NCBI GenBank assembly: GCA_951804945.1
Contig: OX638164.1
Location: 23,002,001-23,066,000 of the forward strand
DNA length: 64,000 nt
Direction of reading: 5' to 3'
Source of the DNA: Podarcis cretensis
Taxonomy: Eukaryota
Both the position numbers and the translations under genes were made by a program. Shown here piece after piece: positions 1 to 11,759 of this stretch. A model generated the notes under the pieces. It was given only the letters and a program-made list of their open reading frames with translations, did no database searches and was not told the DNA's origin. The stretch's first letter is position 1, and each line of letters begins with the position of its first letter.

Positions 1-43
1 AAATGGCCACACCTTTGACAAAAAGGTGCATGCACTGACTTAC

Positions 44-617
44 GGCAAAAGTCAAAGCTTCTCCACGGACCGACGTCCACTTCTGCATTCTTGCAGGCGC
101 TGGCATACCGGGCTACTGAGTCACAGAGCTCTGACTGGTTCCCCCCACTCTGGCACAGGCGGAAGAGGCAGGTCCGATAGTAAGCAGAGACATTCACCAC
201 TGAATGGCACTCCAGGAAGGAGCTGTTGGTGGGATCATTGATGATGCCACATTTCGATCGGCTCCGGTAGTCCTTCAGGAGCTCCGAATCGTTGTTGCAG
301 GCCTTGAGAAGGTCGCCGCACTCCCCGTTGCAAATCTCATTGAAGGTTGTCCAGCTGTCCAGGAAAACCGCCAGGTTGTCCGTGCACTTCCGGTTAGGGA
401 AGCAGAATTCGTCACTGCTGTTGCCGTTGAAAAAGCCACAGAGGCCCCCGGTGCAGTTGAAATAGATAGTTGAGAGGCGTATCTCCAGCATGCCAGAGTC
501 CAAGTACAGGATATGTATGAGCCCTTCGGACTCAACCACGGTCCCGTTTTTGCTGCGGTAGATTTCCAGTTGGCCGGAAGGATGGAAATATGGAAGCTCC
601 ATTTCATATCCATTCAC
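44..617 (-). CDS. TECTA: Alpha-tectorin exon 10 (human numbering): C-terminal part of vWD2 plus C8 domain; gene continues beyond the left edge
   Basis: Translates [25 protein letters not shown]...[21 protein letters not shown]...[20 protein letters not shown]. Acceptor cag at 620-618, donor GTAAGT at 43-38. 574 nt, phase 0 to 1. Missed by the ORF track in this frame. Confidence 0.97.
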
Positions 618-1253
618 CTGCAAAAAGGGTGGGGGTGGGGGGTGGGGGAAGAACAAATGAATGAACGAAGAGGAAAGCTGATGAGATGAGCAATTGGTGC
701 CTAGTCTCCATTGGGAATAGGAGGGTGAAAAGCAGGGAGGCTAACAGTAGGTGGCGCCAGAGCCAAGGACAGGCGGAGCTAACAAAGGCTTATCCACATT
801 TTGTCTTGTTCTTGGTATTTTTTACCCCTGCTATACAAAAATCTCCAAATGAATCCAAACTTCAATGTCTAAAATCCTTGGTAGAGGACAAGGATCCTGA
901 CATCATGTTAAAGGTAGTCAAATTCTGTGCAATTGCCATAAAACTTAGGGAACAAGCTGTGCTGTCATAATGATTAAGGTTTTAAATGATAATTTTAGGT
1001 TATATTTTAGTGACTAAGTTTTAATTTATATATTTTTTTAACTGTTGCTATATCTGTATTGTCCCTGTTATACCTAATTGCAAATTCAAATGTATCCCTA
1101 TCGTGTTTTATGACTACCTTGATATTGTATGTGGGCTGGAACTGGTCTGTGACTGAAATAATAAAATTCATTTGTTCATTCTTGTTCTGGTGCTTTCCTC
1201 TGGGGAAAACCGCTCTTTAGTGCCCATTTGGAGCAAACGGCAATTGGGTTTTC

Positions 1254-1440
1254 TGCTGTGGCTCAGTAGCAGAGCACCTCTTTGCATGCAGAGGAACCTG
1301 GGTTCAATCCCTGACATGTCCAGGTAGGGCTGAGAGAGGACTCCTGCCTAAAACCCTGGAGAGCTGCTGCCAGCCAGAGTAGACGATACTGCTCTAGATG
1401 AACCAATCGTCTAACTCAGTGTAAGGTATCTTCTTGTGTC
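1254..1440 (+). mobile_element. tRNA-headed SINE with CR1-like tail (relatives at ~21108-21285, 31460-31625)
   Basis: gctcagtagcagagca...ggttcaatccctg A/B boxes, then cctggagagctgctgccag...gtagac...ctcagt. Several diverged copies in the window. Confidence 0.65.
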
Positions 1441-1879
1441 CCAATGTTCCATCAACATCCCTACTCCTGTATTTAAGCCTCTCAGCTTAATTGATTCCTG
1501 GCCTTTCCCTCCCTTTCTTCTCTTCAAAACTGTTGAAATGTGCATTGGAAAGTCCTTGGGCAAGGAAGAACAGGGCTGGCTGTGTCTGCCCAAGCTATTC
1601 TCTTCTTCTAAGGGGTTCTGGGGTTCAGCAGTAGGTTTGGGATGTGGGTAGCTGATTGACAATGCTAGCCAATTGACCACTGGCTTTGCTGAGTGGTAGA
1701 CTACCTTTGAACATGGAGGTTTCTTATAGCCATCATGGCTAGTAGCTATATGGACTGTCCTTGAAATGGCCTAAACCCAAATATGTGGGATTGGTGCAGT
1801 AATATGGTGATCTGTAAGGACTCTTTGATGCAAAGAAATCACAAGGAGTTCTTCAAATGATCCATCCAACTCTCTAACT

Positions 1880-2135
1880 CAGGGGTAGGCAAACTAAGGC
1901 CCGGGGACTGGATCTGGCCCAATCTGCTTCTAAATCCGGCCCATGGACAGTCCGGGAATCAGTATGTTTTTACATGAGTAGAATGTGTGCTTTTATTTAA
2001 AATGCATATCTGGGTTATTTGTGGGGCATAGGAATTCATTCATTTCTTCCTCTTCTTCAAAATAATAGTCCAGCCCTCCACAAAGTCTGAGGGACAGTGG
2101 ACCGGCCCCCTGCTGAAAAAGTGTGCTGACCCCTG
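1880..2135. mobile_element. hAT (Charlie-like) MITE
   Basis: caggggtaggcaaact...agtgtgctgacccctg termini with ggccc subterminal motifs. TSD degenerate. Confidence 0.75.
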
Positions 2136-2625
2136 CATCTAATTTTTGGGAAGTGATTTGCTCCTGTGGTTGTTGCAGAGCAAACCATTCTAGGCACTTG
2201 CACCCCTGATATTTTAAAACAAACAAATCTGAGATGATCACAGTATGCAGGTCAGAGACGCTTGATCTGACAGAGGTGTGTGTGAGACACATTGATCTGC
2301 AGATGCAGACATCCAGTGTGTAAACATGCATTTGTTGGAATGAACAGGGGGTGGGGGGTGGAATGAAGCAGGGATGGAGTCTGACTACTAAGCGTGGGTT
2401 TGCAAAATCAGTTTTTACAGCAAAATGTCATCACAAAATGTCACCACCAGATTGACGAAAAGGTGAATTTGTTTTTATAATGTCTCTCCTCTGCTTCCTA
2501 TCACACATTAGCAGTGCTCATACATGCAAGCAAATTGTGTGAGGCAGGTTCGAAGGTGCTGTTTGTGCTGAAAACTGCTTTAAATAAATTGTCCAGAGCG
2601 AACGCTTGCTAAAGCACACATCCTT

Positions 2626-2639
2626 CCACCAGGTGGCAG
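2626..2639 (+). promoter_or_regulatory. Candidate CTCF site
   Basis: CCACCAGGTGGCAG closely matches the CTCF core consensus. Confidence 0.5.
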
Positions 2640-3484
2640 TGTTGCCTATGCGCATGAGCCTAGGATGTGGAGAGGAGTTTCCCAGTGTTCAAGCCAGTGG
2701 GCAAAGGCACTACTGCCTGGGACAGGTAAATCCATCTTGCTCCTGTCTTAGTCCAGAAGGTCTGCCAGGTTTCTGCAGGGCTTTGGAAGCCTGCAAAATT
2801 TAGGGAGGGGATTGAAAACAAAACTCGTAATATCTCTATGGTGTGACCACAACTTGGGTTATTGTATATACAGTTCTCATCAGCTCACCTCGAAAAGGAT
2901 ATTGTAGAGCTGGAAAAAGTTTAGAAAAGAACGGTCAAGGGGATACAGGAACTCCCCTAGGAGGAAAAGTTCAGGCTTATTAGTTTTGGGGGGAAAGGTG
3001 AGTCTGGGGCAGGGACATGATAGAGGTGAATAGGATTGTGTGGAGATATGTTTGTCTCCGTCTCTTAGGATACTAAGACATGGGAACATCCAGTGATGTT
3101 GAGCGTTAGAAGATTCAGAACTTCTTCACACGGCACATAGTTAAACTGTGGAATTTGCTCCTGCAGGAGGCAGTTATGCCTACAAACTTGGATGGCTCTA
3201 AAAGACAAATTCACTAAGGATAAGGCTACCCCTTCTCCTTCAGTTTCCAGTAACTGGTATTCAGAAGCATTGTTGCTTCCAGCCATGGTGGCAGAGCGTA
3301 GCCATTGTGGCTAGTAGCCACTGACAGCCTTTAGCCTTCATGAATTTGTCCAATAATCTTTCAAAGCCATTCAGGTTGGTGGCCGTCGCTGCTTCATGTG
3401 GAAGTGAAGATTCATGTGGAAGTGAGTTCCATAGTTAGGGGGCTCCCCACTCTCTTCCTACAGTCCTGACTGAAGTTGCCTAAA

Positions 3485-3488
<4 letters not shown>

Positions 3489-3534
<46 letters not shown>
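3489..3534. repeat. (TA)n microsatellite
   Basis: About 23 TA units. Confidence 0.95.
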
Positions 3535-3535
<1 letters not shown>

Positions 3536-4298
3536 CATTTATGACTTGACATTCAAACATAAAATACAATAATTAAATATTGAATTATCTGAATTCTCCG
3601 ACCTCCCTCCTCCTCTCCATGGAGTCCACCACCAACATTTTCTTCTGCATACCATTTTCTATTTATCTATATAACTCAAATTTTAGCCATAGTCAAAGTT
3701 GCCTAAACTTTCTGCTATTTATATATTTTTAAAACTGCATGTAAATTTCGCTCATGCAGATAGCATCATCTCTCTCCCTCCCTCCCTCTCTATATATCTG
3801 TCTTTTTAAGAGACACACAATTATTTTCACTGTGAGCAGCACAGCGTCAAGCTGAGGTTGTTTGATCACTCATGTAAACTCATTTTGTGTCTTCCGTCAT
3901 TAGTGTTAACACTGCCTGATAAAATGCGTATCTGGGGGAGAATGTCAGCGGCGGGTGTAGCTAATGAGACACTCTGCATTTCCTATCGCAGATGATCCTC
4001 TGTCTTGGCAGGATTAAGAAAAGAACCAACTCTTGTTTTCACCAGGCAGCCAGGACAGGGGGGCAGATGACACGTTCAGTATGAACACACTTGTTATTAT
4101 TGCTCAGCATTGTTTTGCTGGCTTAGAAGGCCTGAATTTTAACCACTGGCTCAGCATCTGAGTGGGTATTAGCAAACAATCACATATTTGCAGTACACAG
4201 TGAATGTTTTATTCAGTTCCACCAGAACTCTTTGCTCTGCTATGTCAGCCTGTGGATCTGTCCAGGCCAAGAGCAGGGAAACTTTTGGGCTCCATGTG

Positions 4299-4972
4299 CC
4301 CGATCCAGGCTTCATTATTGTAACTCACTCTACATGGGGCTGCCCTTGAGACTGACCCAGAAACTCCAGCGGGTGCAGAGTGCCACGGCGAGACTCCTTA
4401 CGGGGTCCTCGCCACAGGATCACATTCACCCGGTGCTATACCAGCTGCACTGGCTCCCGGTGGAGTACAGGGTCAGGTTTAAGGTGCTGGTTTTAACCTT
4501 TAAAGCCCTATACGGCCTAGGACCCTCGTACCTACGGGACCTCCTCTCCTGGTATGTCCCATGGAGGACCTTATGGTCTTCAAACAAAAACATCTTGGAG
4601 GTCCCGGGCCACAGGGAGGTTAGGCTGGCCTCAACCAGAGCCAGGGCTTTTTCGGCTGTGGCCCCGATCTGGTGGAATGCTCTGTCACAAGAGGCTAGGG
4701 CCCTGCAGGACTTGACATCTTTCCGCAGGACCTGCAAGACAGAGCTGTTCCACCAGGCCTTTGGGCCAAGGCACAGTCTGACCCCCCTCCTTCTGTAATC
4801 CTCATAGAACTCTAGCCCAATGGTTGCCATTAATTTGATTCTGAATTGATTTTAGAAAGTATTTCAATTAATTGACTGTGATTTTATGTAAACTGTGCCA
4901 TTTTTACTGTTGTTAGCCGCTCTGAGCCCCAGCTTTGGCTGGGGAGGGTGGGATATAAATAAAATTTTATTA

Positions 4973-5017
<45 letters not shown>
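4299..5017 (+). mobile_element. L2-clade LINE, 5'-truncated 3' fragment with (ATT)n tail
   Basis: ORF2 C-terminal motifs SRL.YCNSLY.GLP...QKLQRVQ...ARLL...HI.PVL..LHWLPVEYRV.FKVL.L.FKAL.GLGPSYL. Stop at 4798, then 3' UTR and microsatellite tail. Confidence 0.88.
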
Positions 5018-5350
5018 CAGGATCAGCCTTGTGGGCCACGTTTGACAAGTGGGCACAGCTGCCTACCTGTCAAAATCCATTGAGCTTACTCCGAGGCTTA
5101 AAAGTGAACCAGGAAGAGACCAGCAAAGTTTTCTCCACCATGTTTCCCCTTTAAGACTCCAAGATCAGGGACTTAAAGATGGGAGGCGGGGAGACCAACC
5201 CAGACTGCATTTAGGAGGCACATAAGTGGAGGACAGGGGGACTCAGAGTAGGACCCTGGGAGATCAGGGTTCAAATCCCCACTCAGCTCTGAAGTTCGCT
5301 GGGTGACCTTCCACCAAAAGAATCTACTGAGCATTGACACAAGCCAGTAC

Positions 5351-5943
5351 CTTGATTTCAGAGTTGTCTACGCCTCCAATTTTGACTTCCTGGCTGGCAA
5401 GATGGATGATCAGGCTCCGAAGCCAGTCAGGACTTGATTCTGGTTTCTTTTTGCTGATGTCCACTTCCAGGAAGCTGGGTCTGTCCGGGCAGGTTTTGAC
5501 CAGCGTGTAGGAATTGTCTGGGGGGTAAGCGAACGTGACGCCGTCAAAGGTATGCAGCACCTGATCCTGGGAGACCAGACACAACGTCTCCCTCTTGGGA
5601 TAGCAGCCCTGGTAGCCATTTTCCACGGCACAGACCTCTCCTTCTTGGCAGGAGGAGTTGAAGCAGGTGACCTCCCCTCCATCCTCGCACCAACACTGCA
5701 CCGTGCAGTCCACCGAGGCCCAGAACGACTCTCCGATGGCGTGGTACTGGCCGTCCACATCGCAGCCGCACTGGTGGATCGGGACACACAGGTCTGTGCT
5801 GAGGACGTAGCCCTCGTTGCAGTCACAGCCCTCGGTGCAAGGAGAAGTGCAGGTCAAGGGGGCAGTGAGGTCCGAGCAGGTGGCCGGGCAGCTGCTGGTA
5901 CACACAGAGTAGTGGCTGGACTCTGGACACTGCACAGCAGCAG
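5351..5943 (-). CDS. TECTA: Alpha-tectorin exon 9: TIL, vWC-like and start of vWD2
   Basis: [25 protein letters not shown]...HTFDG...[13 protein letters not shown]. Acceptor cttccag, donor AAG|GTACTG. 593 nt, phase 1 to 0. Confidence 0.97.
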
Positions 5944-6234
5944 CTGGAAGAAACAGACAAGGGACATTTATTTATTTAGCCAGTTCATTTATTGCATTCA
6001 TAGTCATTCATAGTCCACCTTTTTCTCCAAGGAGCTCACAGGTGGCATACATGGTTCCTCTTCTTCCACACAACAATCCTGCAAGGTAGGTTAGGTTGAG
6101 AGTGAGTGACTGGCCTGGTGAGCTTCATGGCTGAGTGGGGATTGGAAACCTGGTTTCCCAGGTCGGAGCCCAACACTCTAACCACTACACCACACAGGCT
6201 GTCATTCAGCTTAAGAACATAAAGAAGAGCCCTG

Positions 6235-7009
6235 TGGGTCAAATTATGGAAAGAAGGTTTGAGATTTACTGCATGTAATACATTGAAAGAAAACGTGATG
6301 AAGATGATGTATAGATGGTACATCATACCAGTTAAGTTAGCAAAAATGTATAAAGTTAGCAATAAATGTTGGAAATTTAAAGAAAAAGAAGGATTATTTT
6401 ATCATATGTGGTGGGAATGTAAAAAGGTGAAATGCTTCTAGGAGATGATATATAATGAGTTGAAAAAAATGTTGAAATATACTTTTATTAAAAAGCCAGA
6501 AGCATTTCTTCTAGGTATTGTTGGAAATGATATAAAAAGGAAAGACTGTGTTTTTATATGCAGTAACAGCAGCAAGAATATTATTGGCCCAAAAATGGAA
6601 GCAAGAAGAATTACCAACATTAGAAGAATGGAGGATGAAATTGATGGACTACGCAGAATTAGATAAGCTAACAGGCAGGATCCGAGACCGGCGAGACCAG
6701 AGGTTTACCGAAGACCGGACTAAATTTACTGAGTATCTGAAAAGTATTTGCGATGATCAAATTACGTTTGTAGGACTACAAGAAGTTCTGTGAGGACTAA
6801 GTTAAGAAATATTGTAAAAATGGAAAGGAAGAAATGATTTGTTAGAAAATGTAAAGGCAATATTAAGTTAAGAATTGCAGGAGAAATAATTAAGATGGAA
6901 GGCTATGAGAGATGCTGAAGGAAGTCCAAATAAGGATATATGTATAATAATTTGTGTGGTATGTCTTAAAATTTTTGTATGCTAAAATTAATAAAAAATA
7001 TAACAAGAA
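6235..7009 (+). mobile_element. L1-clade LINE 3' fragment, inactivated
   Basis: ORF2 C-terminal cysteine/zinc-knuckle region (RWYI.PVKLAKMY...CWK...G.FYHMWWECKKV) with a premature TAG at 6439-6441 and a frameshift near 6548. A-rich tail. Imperfect ~21-bp TSD aagaacataa(ag/c)aagag(c/t)cctg, inserted at the end of a CR1-like fragment. Confidence 0.85.
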
Positions 7010-7245
7010 AAGAACATAACAAGAGTCCTGCTGGATCAGCCCAATGGCCCATCTAGTCCAGCATCTTGTTCTCACAGTGGCCAACCAGATGTCCATGCAA
7101 AGCCCACAAGCAGAGCCTGAGCACAACACCACTGTCCCCTCTTGTTAGTCCCAGTGACTGGCATTCAGAGGCTCACTACCTCTGGCAGTGGGGATGCAAC
7201 ATAATTTTTATGTCCGGTAGCCATTCCTAGTTTTATCCTCCATGA
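7010..7245 (-). mobile_element. CR1-type LINE 3' end fragment (similar pieces at ~3095-3435, 8930-9065, 20905-21075)
   Basis: aagaacataa...ctggatcag...ggcccatctagtccagcatc...cacagtggccaaccagatg, resembling squamate CR1 3' ends. Several related copies in the window. Confidence 0.6.
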
Positions 7246-9097
7246 TAGCTTCTGGGGTTGTGCGGTCTGGGGCTGATGGGAGCTGTGGTCGAAAACAGAT
7301 GGTCTAATAATCCCTTACTTATGCAACCGATCATTGCATCCTGTTAGGAGTCTCGTTCTGCGTTATGTCAAAATTGGGCCGACAGTGTGGCAGCCTTTGG
7401 AACTCCCTGCCACACAAGCACTCCTCTATTGCCTTTCTGGTGTCTGGTGAAGGAGTTCCCCTTTCAGCAAGCCTTCCAAGTGGAGAACTATATCCCCAGT
7501 TTGTACTTCTATGGGATTTTGAAATGAATTGCTGCTGTTGTTTTGAACTGTGTTTACATATTTAATTGTGATTTAATCAGTACTATTTTTCTAGAAAAAA
7601 GGGAGCCGGAACGCACCATGAACGCCTCCCTCGTTCTCTTAGAATGGCAAAGGCGTCCGGCTGAGAGGTGCCGGAAATGAATTTCAGTGAGCTCTGGCTG
7701 AAAAAAAGCCATGTGTTCTGGTTGGTTTTGTTTTTAATGTGAAAGCTGTGTTATTCGTGCAGGGGGTTGGACTGGATGACCTTTGGAGTCCATTCCAAGT
7801 CTCCAATTCTATGGTTCTATGATTATACTGTGTGTATTGATTGTACTGTCAATCACTTTGGAATGGCTCGTGGGAAGCGATTAATAAATGACATTAATCA
7901 TCACATCTGGAAGGCATCAGCTTTAATAAGGCTCTCTTAAGCTAGCAGATGGTTATACCTGAGACACATATCAGTGCTAGTCCAACTCAGAGTAGACCCT
8001 GCCTGAAACCCTGGAGAGCTGCTGCCAGTCAGTGCAGGCAATGTTTAGCTAGATGCATCAGTATAAGGCAGCTTCCTATGTTCACAGTTCCTTTTCCTTT
8101 TCTGAGTTGGGCAGGTGCAAATCAAGATGAAGTCGGCTGAATGATGCAGGTGACAAATGAGAGAGAGACGGAGAGAGGCAAGCCAGTACAGATGCCCCCA
8201 ATTTATCCAAGCCCCAAATGTCAGCCGTAAATCCTGCCGTGTTTCTCACTCGAATTCAACGCGGGCGCTTAAATTCCTTCCACCGACCCAGCATTGAATT
8301 CCGCCCAGGGAGCAAAGAACAAGCTAGAGTGGTTTTGCTTCTGCTTGTCCTTTGCTCGCTGCTCCTTAGTTACTTCAAGTGTCCCTTTGTCTTTTCTTGG
8401 ATTGTAAACAGGGAGAGGGCTGAATCAGCTTTCATGGCAACAATGCTGACTTGAATCCCAGCCCCTCTTGGCTTTTCTATGTTAAGCTCATTCAGTGTTT
8501 GGATGGAGAGCTTTTTTTCCCCTTTCCCCCCATTGCTCCCATCAACGTTTCTTGAAGGCTGCTGAAACCACAGCTCTTCTCAGAAAGGGAATCCAAAGTT
8601 AGCCTTACATTCCTCACCTTCAAGCCTGGGTACAAGTAACTGCTCTGTGGCACAGCCACTTGCTCTGTCCTCGCCTCCCCTTTTCCTGTGTATGTGGTGA
8701 AGAGCCTTGTTGAGCAAAGGATTGTTATGATGTGTGCTGCTTGGAAGGGTGAATAACAAAGCAATATGGAAATGTCTTAAGTGAAGAAATCTAAATGTGC
8801 ATCGAGGGCAATAGATCAGTTCGGCGTTAACATGCATGCCAGAGAATGGTGGATGACTCCAATATTCTTGTCAGCCTGTCAGTTTTTCTACAAAAACACA
8901 GCAATGCTGATTGGGAACAAAGAAGGGTAGAGTGAAATCTGTGGAACTCACTCCCACAGGAGGCAGTGATGGCCACGAGCTTTGTGGGCTTTACAAAAGG
9001 ATTAGACAAATTCATGGAGGAGATGGCTAGCAATAGCTGTCTGCCTTCACTGTTGGAGGCTTTCTGCCTTTGAATTAACTTGGGGTCATAGATGGGC

Positions 9098-9791
9098 AAG
9101 GGACGCAGGTGGCGTTGTGGGTTAAACCACAGAGCCTAGGACTTGCTGATCAGAAAGTCGGCGGTTCGAATCCCTGCGACGGGGTGAGCTCCTGTTGCTC
9201 GATCCCTGCTCCTGCCAACCTAGCAGTTCGAAAGCATGTCAAAGTGCAAGTACAGTGGTGCCCCGCAAGACGAACGCCTCGCAAGACGGAAAACCCGCTA
9301 GACGAAAGGGTTTTCCGTTTTGGAGGCGCTTCACAAAACGAATTTCCCTATGGGCTTGCTTCGCAAGACGAAAACGTCTTGCGAGTTCCTGCGGTTTCCC
9401 CCCCCTTTTTTCCCCTTTTCCTAAGCCGCTAAGCCGCTTATCAGCTGATACGCTGATAAGCCGCTTAACAGCTGATCGCTAAAAGCCGCTAAACCGCTAA
9501 TAGCGCTAATCTGCTAAGCTGTCAATGGGCTTGCTTCGCAAGACGAAAAAACTGCTATACGAAGAGCCTCACAGAATGGATTAATTTCGTCTTGCGAGGC
9601 ACCACTGTACATAAATAGGTACCACTCCGGCGAAAGGTAAACAGCATTTCTGTGCGCTGCTCTGGTTCGCCAGAAGCGGCTTAGTCATGGTGGCCACATG
9701 ACCCGGAAGCTGTACGCCGGCTCCCTCGGCCAATAAAGCGAGATGAGCACCGCAACCCCAGAGTCGGTCACGACTGGACCTTTACCTTTAC
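9098..9791 (+). mobile_element. Sauria (Squam1-type) SINE interrupted by a MITE
   Basis: tRNA-like head GGGACGCAGGTGGCG...GGTTCGAATCCC and (ACCTTT)n tail. Imperfect TSD catagatgggc (9087-9097) / catagctgggc (9792-9802). Confidence 0.92.
9253..9607. mobile_element. Tc1/mariner (Tigger-like) MITE nested in the SINE
   Basis: 22-bp TIR CAGTGGTGCC(C/T)CGCAAGACGAA (21/22 match), TA TSD on both sides. The empty site is visible in the sister SINE at ~10326. Confidence 0.92.
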
Positions 9792-9859
9792 CATAGCTGG
9801 GCAGAATGCTGTTTCATTCATGTCCCCCTTGCAGGCTTCCCACAAGCATCTGGTCAGTC

Positions 9860-9995
9860 TAGGGTTTCCCAAACTTGGGTCTCCAGTTGTTTTTGGACTA
9901 CAACTCCCATCATCCCTAGCTAGCAGGAACAGGGGTCAGGGATGATGGGAATTGTTGTCCAAAAACAGCTGAAGACCCAAGTTTGGGAAACCCTG
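9860..9995. mobile_element. Palindromic hAT-like MITE with ggactacaactcccatc core (duplicate at ~10602-10737; relatives at ~18894-19030, 28435-28570, 30645-30780, 43604-43845)
   Basis: Arms of about 60 bp form a near-perfect hairpin: agggtttcccaaacttgggtct...agacccaagtttgggaaaccct. Confidence 0.8.
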
Positions 9996-10172
9996 GGTTG
10001 GTCACCTTGAGAACAAGAAGGTAGAATAAGTGGACCATTGGCCTGATCTAGCATGGATTGTCCAATATTCTCATGTTGTTAAATGTGGGTTTGTACCCAA
10101 TGCTACTCAAAGAAGACTCATCATAGTTAATGGACATGAGTAGCTTAGGTCCATTAATTTCAGTGGGTCTAT

Positions 10173-10533
10173 AAGGGACGTGGGTGGCGCTGTGGGTTAA
10201 ACCACAGAGCCTAGGACTTGCCAATCAGAAGGTCGGCGGTTCAAATCCCCGTGACGGGGTGAGCTCCCGTTGCTCGATCCCTGCTCCTGCCAACCTAGCA
10301 GTTCGAAAGCACGTCAAAGTGCAAGTAGATAAATAGGTACCACTCTGGCGGGAAGGTAAACGGCATTTCTGTGCACTGCTCTGGTTCGCCAGAAGCGGCT
10401 TAGTCATGCTGGCCACATGACCCAGAAGCTGTATGCCGGCTCCCTTGGCCAAGAAAGCGAGATGAGTGCCTCAACCCCAGAGTCGGTCACGACTGGACCT
10501 AATGGTCAGGGGTCCCTTTACCTTTACCTTTAC
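10173..10533 (+). mobile_element. Sauria SINE, full length
   Basis: Near-identical to the other copies, with (ACCTTT)n tail. No 5' TSD (see findings). Confidence 0.93.
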
Positions 10534-11185
10534 CATAGCTGGGCCGAATGCTGTTTCACTCATGTCCCCCTTGCAGGCTTCCCACAAGCATCTGGTCAGT
10601 CTAGGGTTTCCCAAACTTGGGTTTCCAGCTGTTTTTGGACTACAACTCCCATCATCCCTAGCTAGCAGGACCAGTGGTCAGGGATGATGGGAATCGTTGT
10701 CCAAAAACAGCTGAAGACCCAAGTTTGGGAAACCCTGGGTTGCTCACCTTCAGAACAAGAAGGTAGCATAAATGGGCCATTGGCCTGATCTAGCATGACT
10801 TGTCCAATGTTCTTATGTTGTTAAATGTGGGTTTGTACTCAATGCTACTCAGAGAAGACTCATCAAAGTTAATGGACATGACTAGCTTAGGTCCATTAAT
10901 TTCAGTGGGTCTATGATGAGTAGGACTTAGTCGGGGACAAACCTTGTTTTGCACCAGTGGCCCTACTTCTTCATCTTTTTACAAAAATAAATAAATCACA
11001 AATTGACGAGATGTGGAGAACTGAACTGAAGATTGAGAAAACGAGGAACGGAGAGAAATGGAAAGCAACAAATCTACCCATTGCTTGGGATGATGGAAGT
11101 TGTAGTCCAAGAACGGCCCCTGTTCCCATCTTGTTTGCTCCTGGAAGTTTGCATCTTTCTGAAGCTCCATTGTACGCCCACTTAC

Positions 11186-11759
11186 CGCATCCTGTCTGTG
11201 CTCTCCACTCTCCGATGGGGATCCCAAGGGCTTGGCAAACCAAGGCATAAGCCTGAATGGCTTGGCAGAGCCCTCCGGTGCCGTTATCTCGGATGCTACA
11301 CAGGTCATAAACACAGCTGTGGACAAAAGCTGTAGGGTCAACGATGGCGCCACATTCCCAGAGAGGACCTCCAGTTTTGTTGATAAAGCCACAGTGCTCG
11401 GGGCCAAAATAGAGGGACTCGGTCACTGCATCGCAAAGGCTGCAGTTGTCTAAGCAGCCTGGGGAGCACTTCCATTCAGGGTGATAGACACGCCAGCTTT
11501 CCCCCAGATCCAGCACCGACGTGGCCATTTTCCCATCCGAGCGCAGCACATCGTCCTCTGGGTTCTTGTTGTAGTTCCCGCAGAGACCACATGTGGCATT
11601 GATGTAGGAGCCTGGGACAGAAATAGCAGCATAATGGTCTCCATCGTAGGTCACTAAGAGGCCAAAGTCTGTTTCTACCGCTGTCGACAAACCACTCTGG
11701 TAGATTTTTATGGCCCCCAGTTCCAGGAAAACAGGTAGAGACATAACCAAGTCGTCTAT
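11186..11759 (-). CDS. TECTA: Alpha-tectorin exon 8: C-terminal part of vWD1 plus C8
   Basis: [15 protein letters not shown]...[15 protein letters not shown]...[12 protein letters not shown]. Acceptor ctgcag, donor G|GTAAGT. 574 nt, phase 0 to 1. Confidence 0.97.

Noticed and set aside
4232-4798. 188-aa ORF as a host gene nested in TECTA
   Set aside because: It is the C-terminus of an L2-clade LINE ORF2, 5'-truncated, with a non-ATG start and a microsatellite tail.
5552-6013. Antisense and alternate-frame ORFs over TECTA and TBCEL exons (also 204-473, 5410-5826, 10979-11407, 54168-54482)
   Set aside because: Shadow ORFs of GC-rich coding exons.
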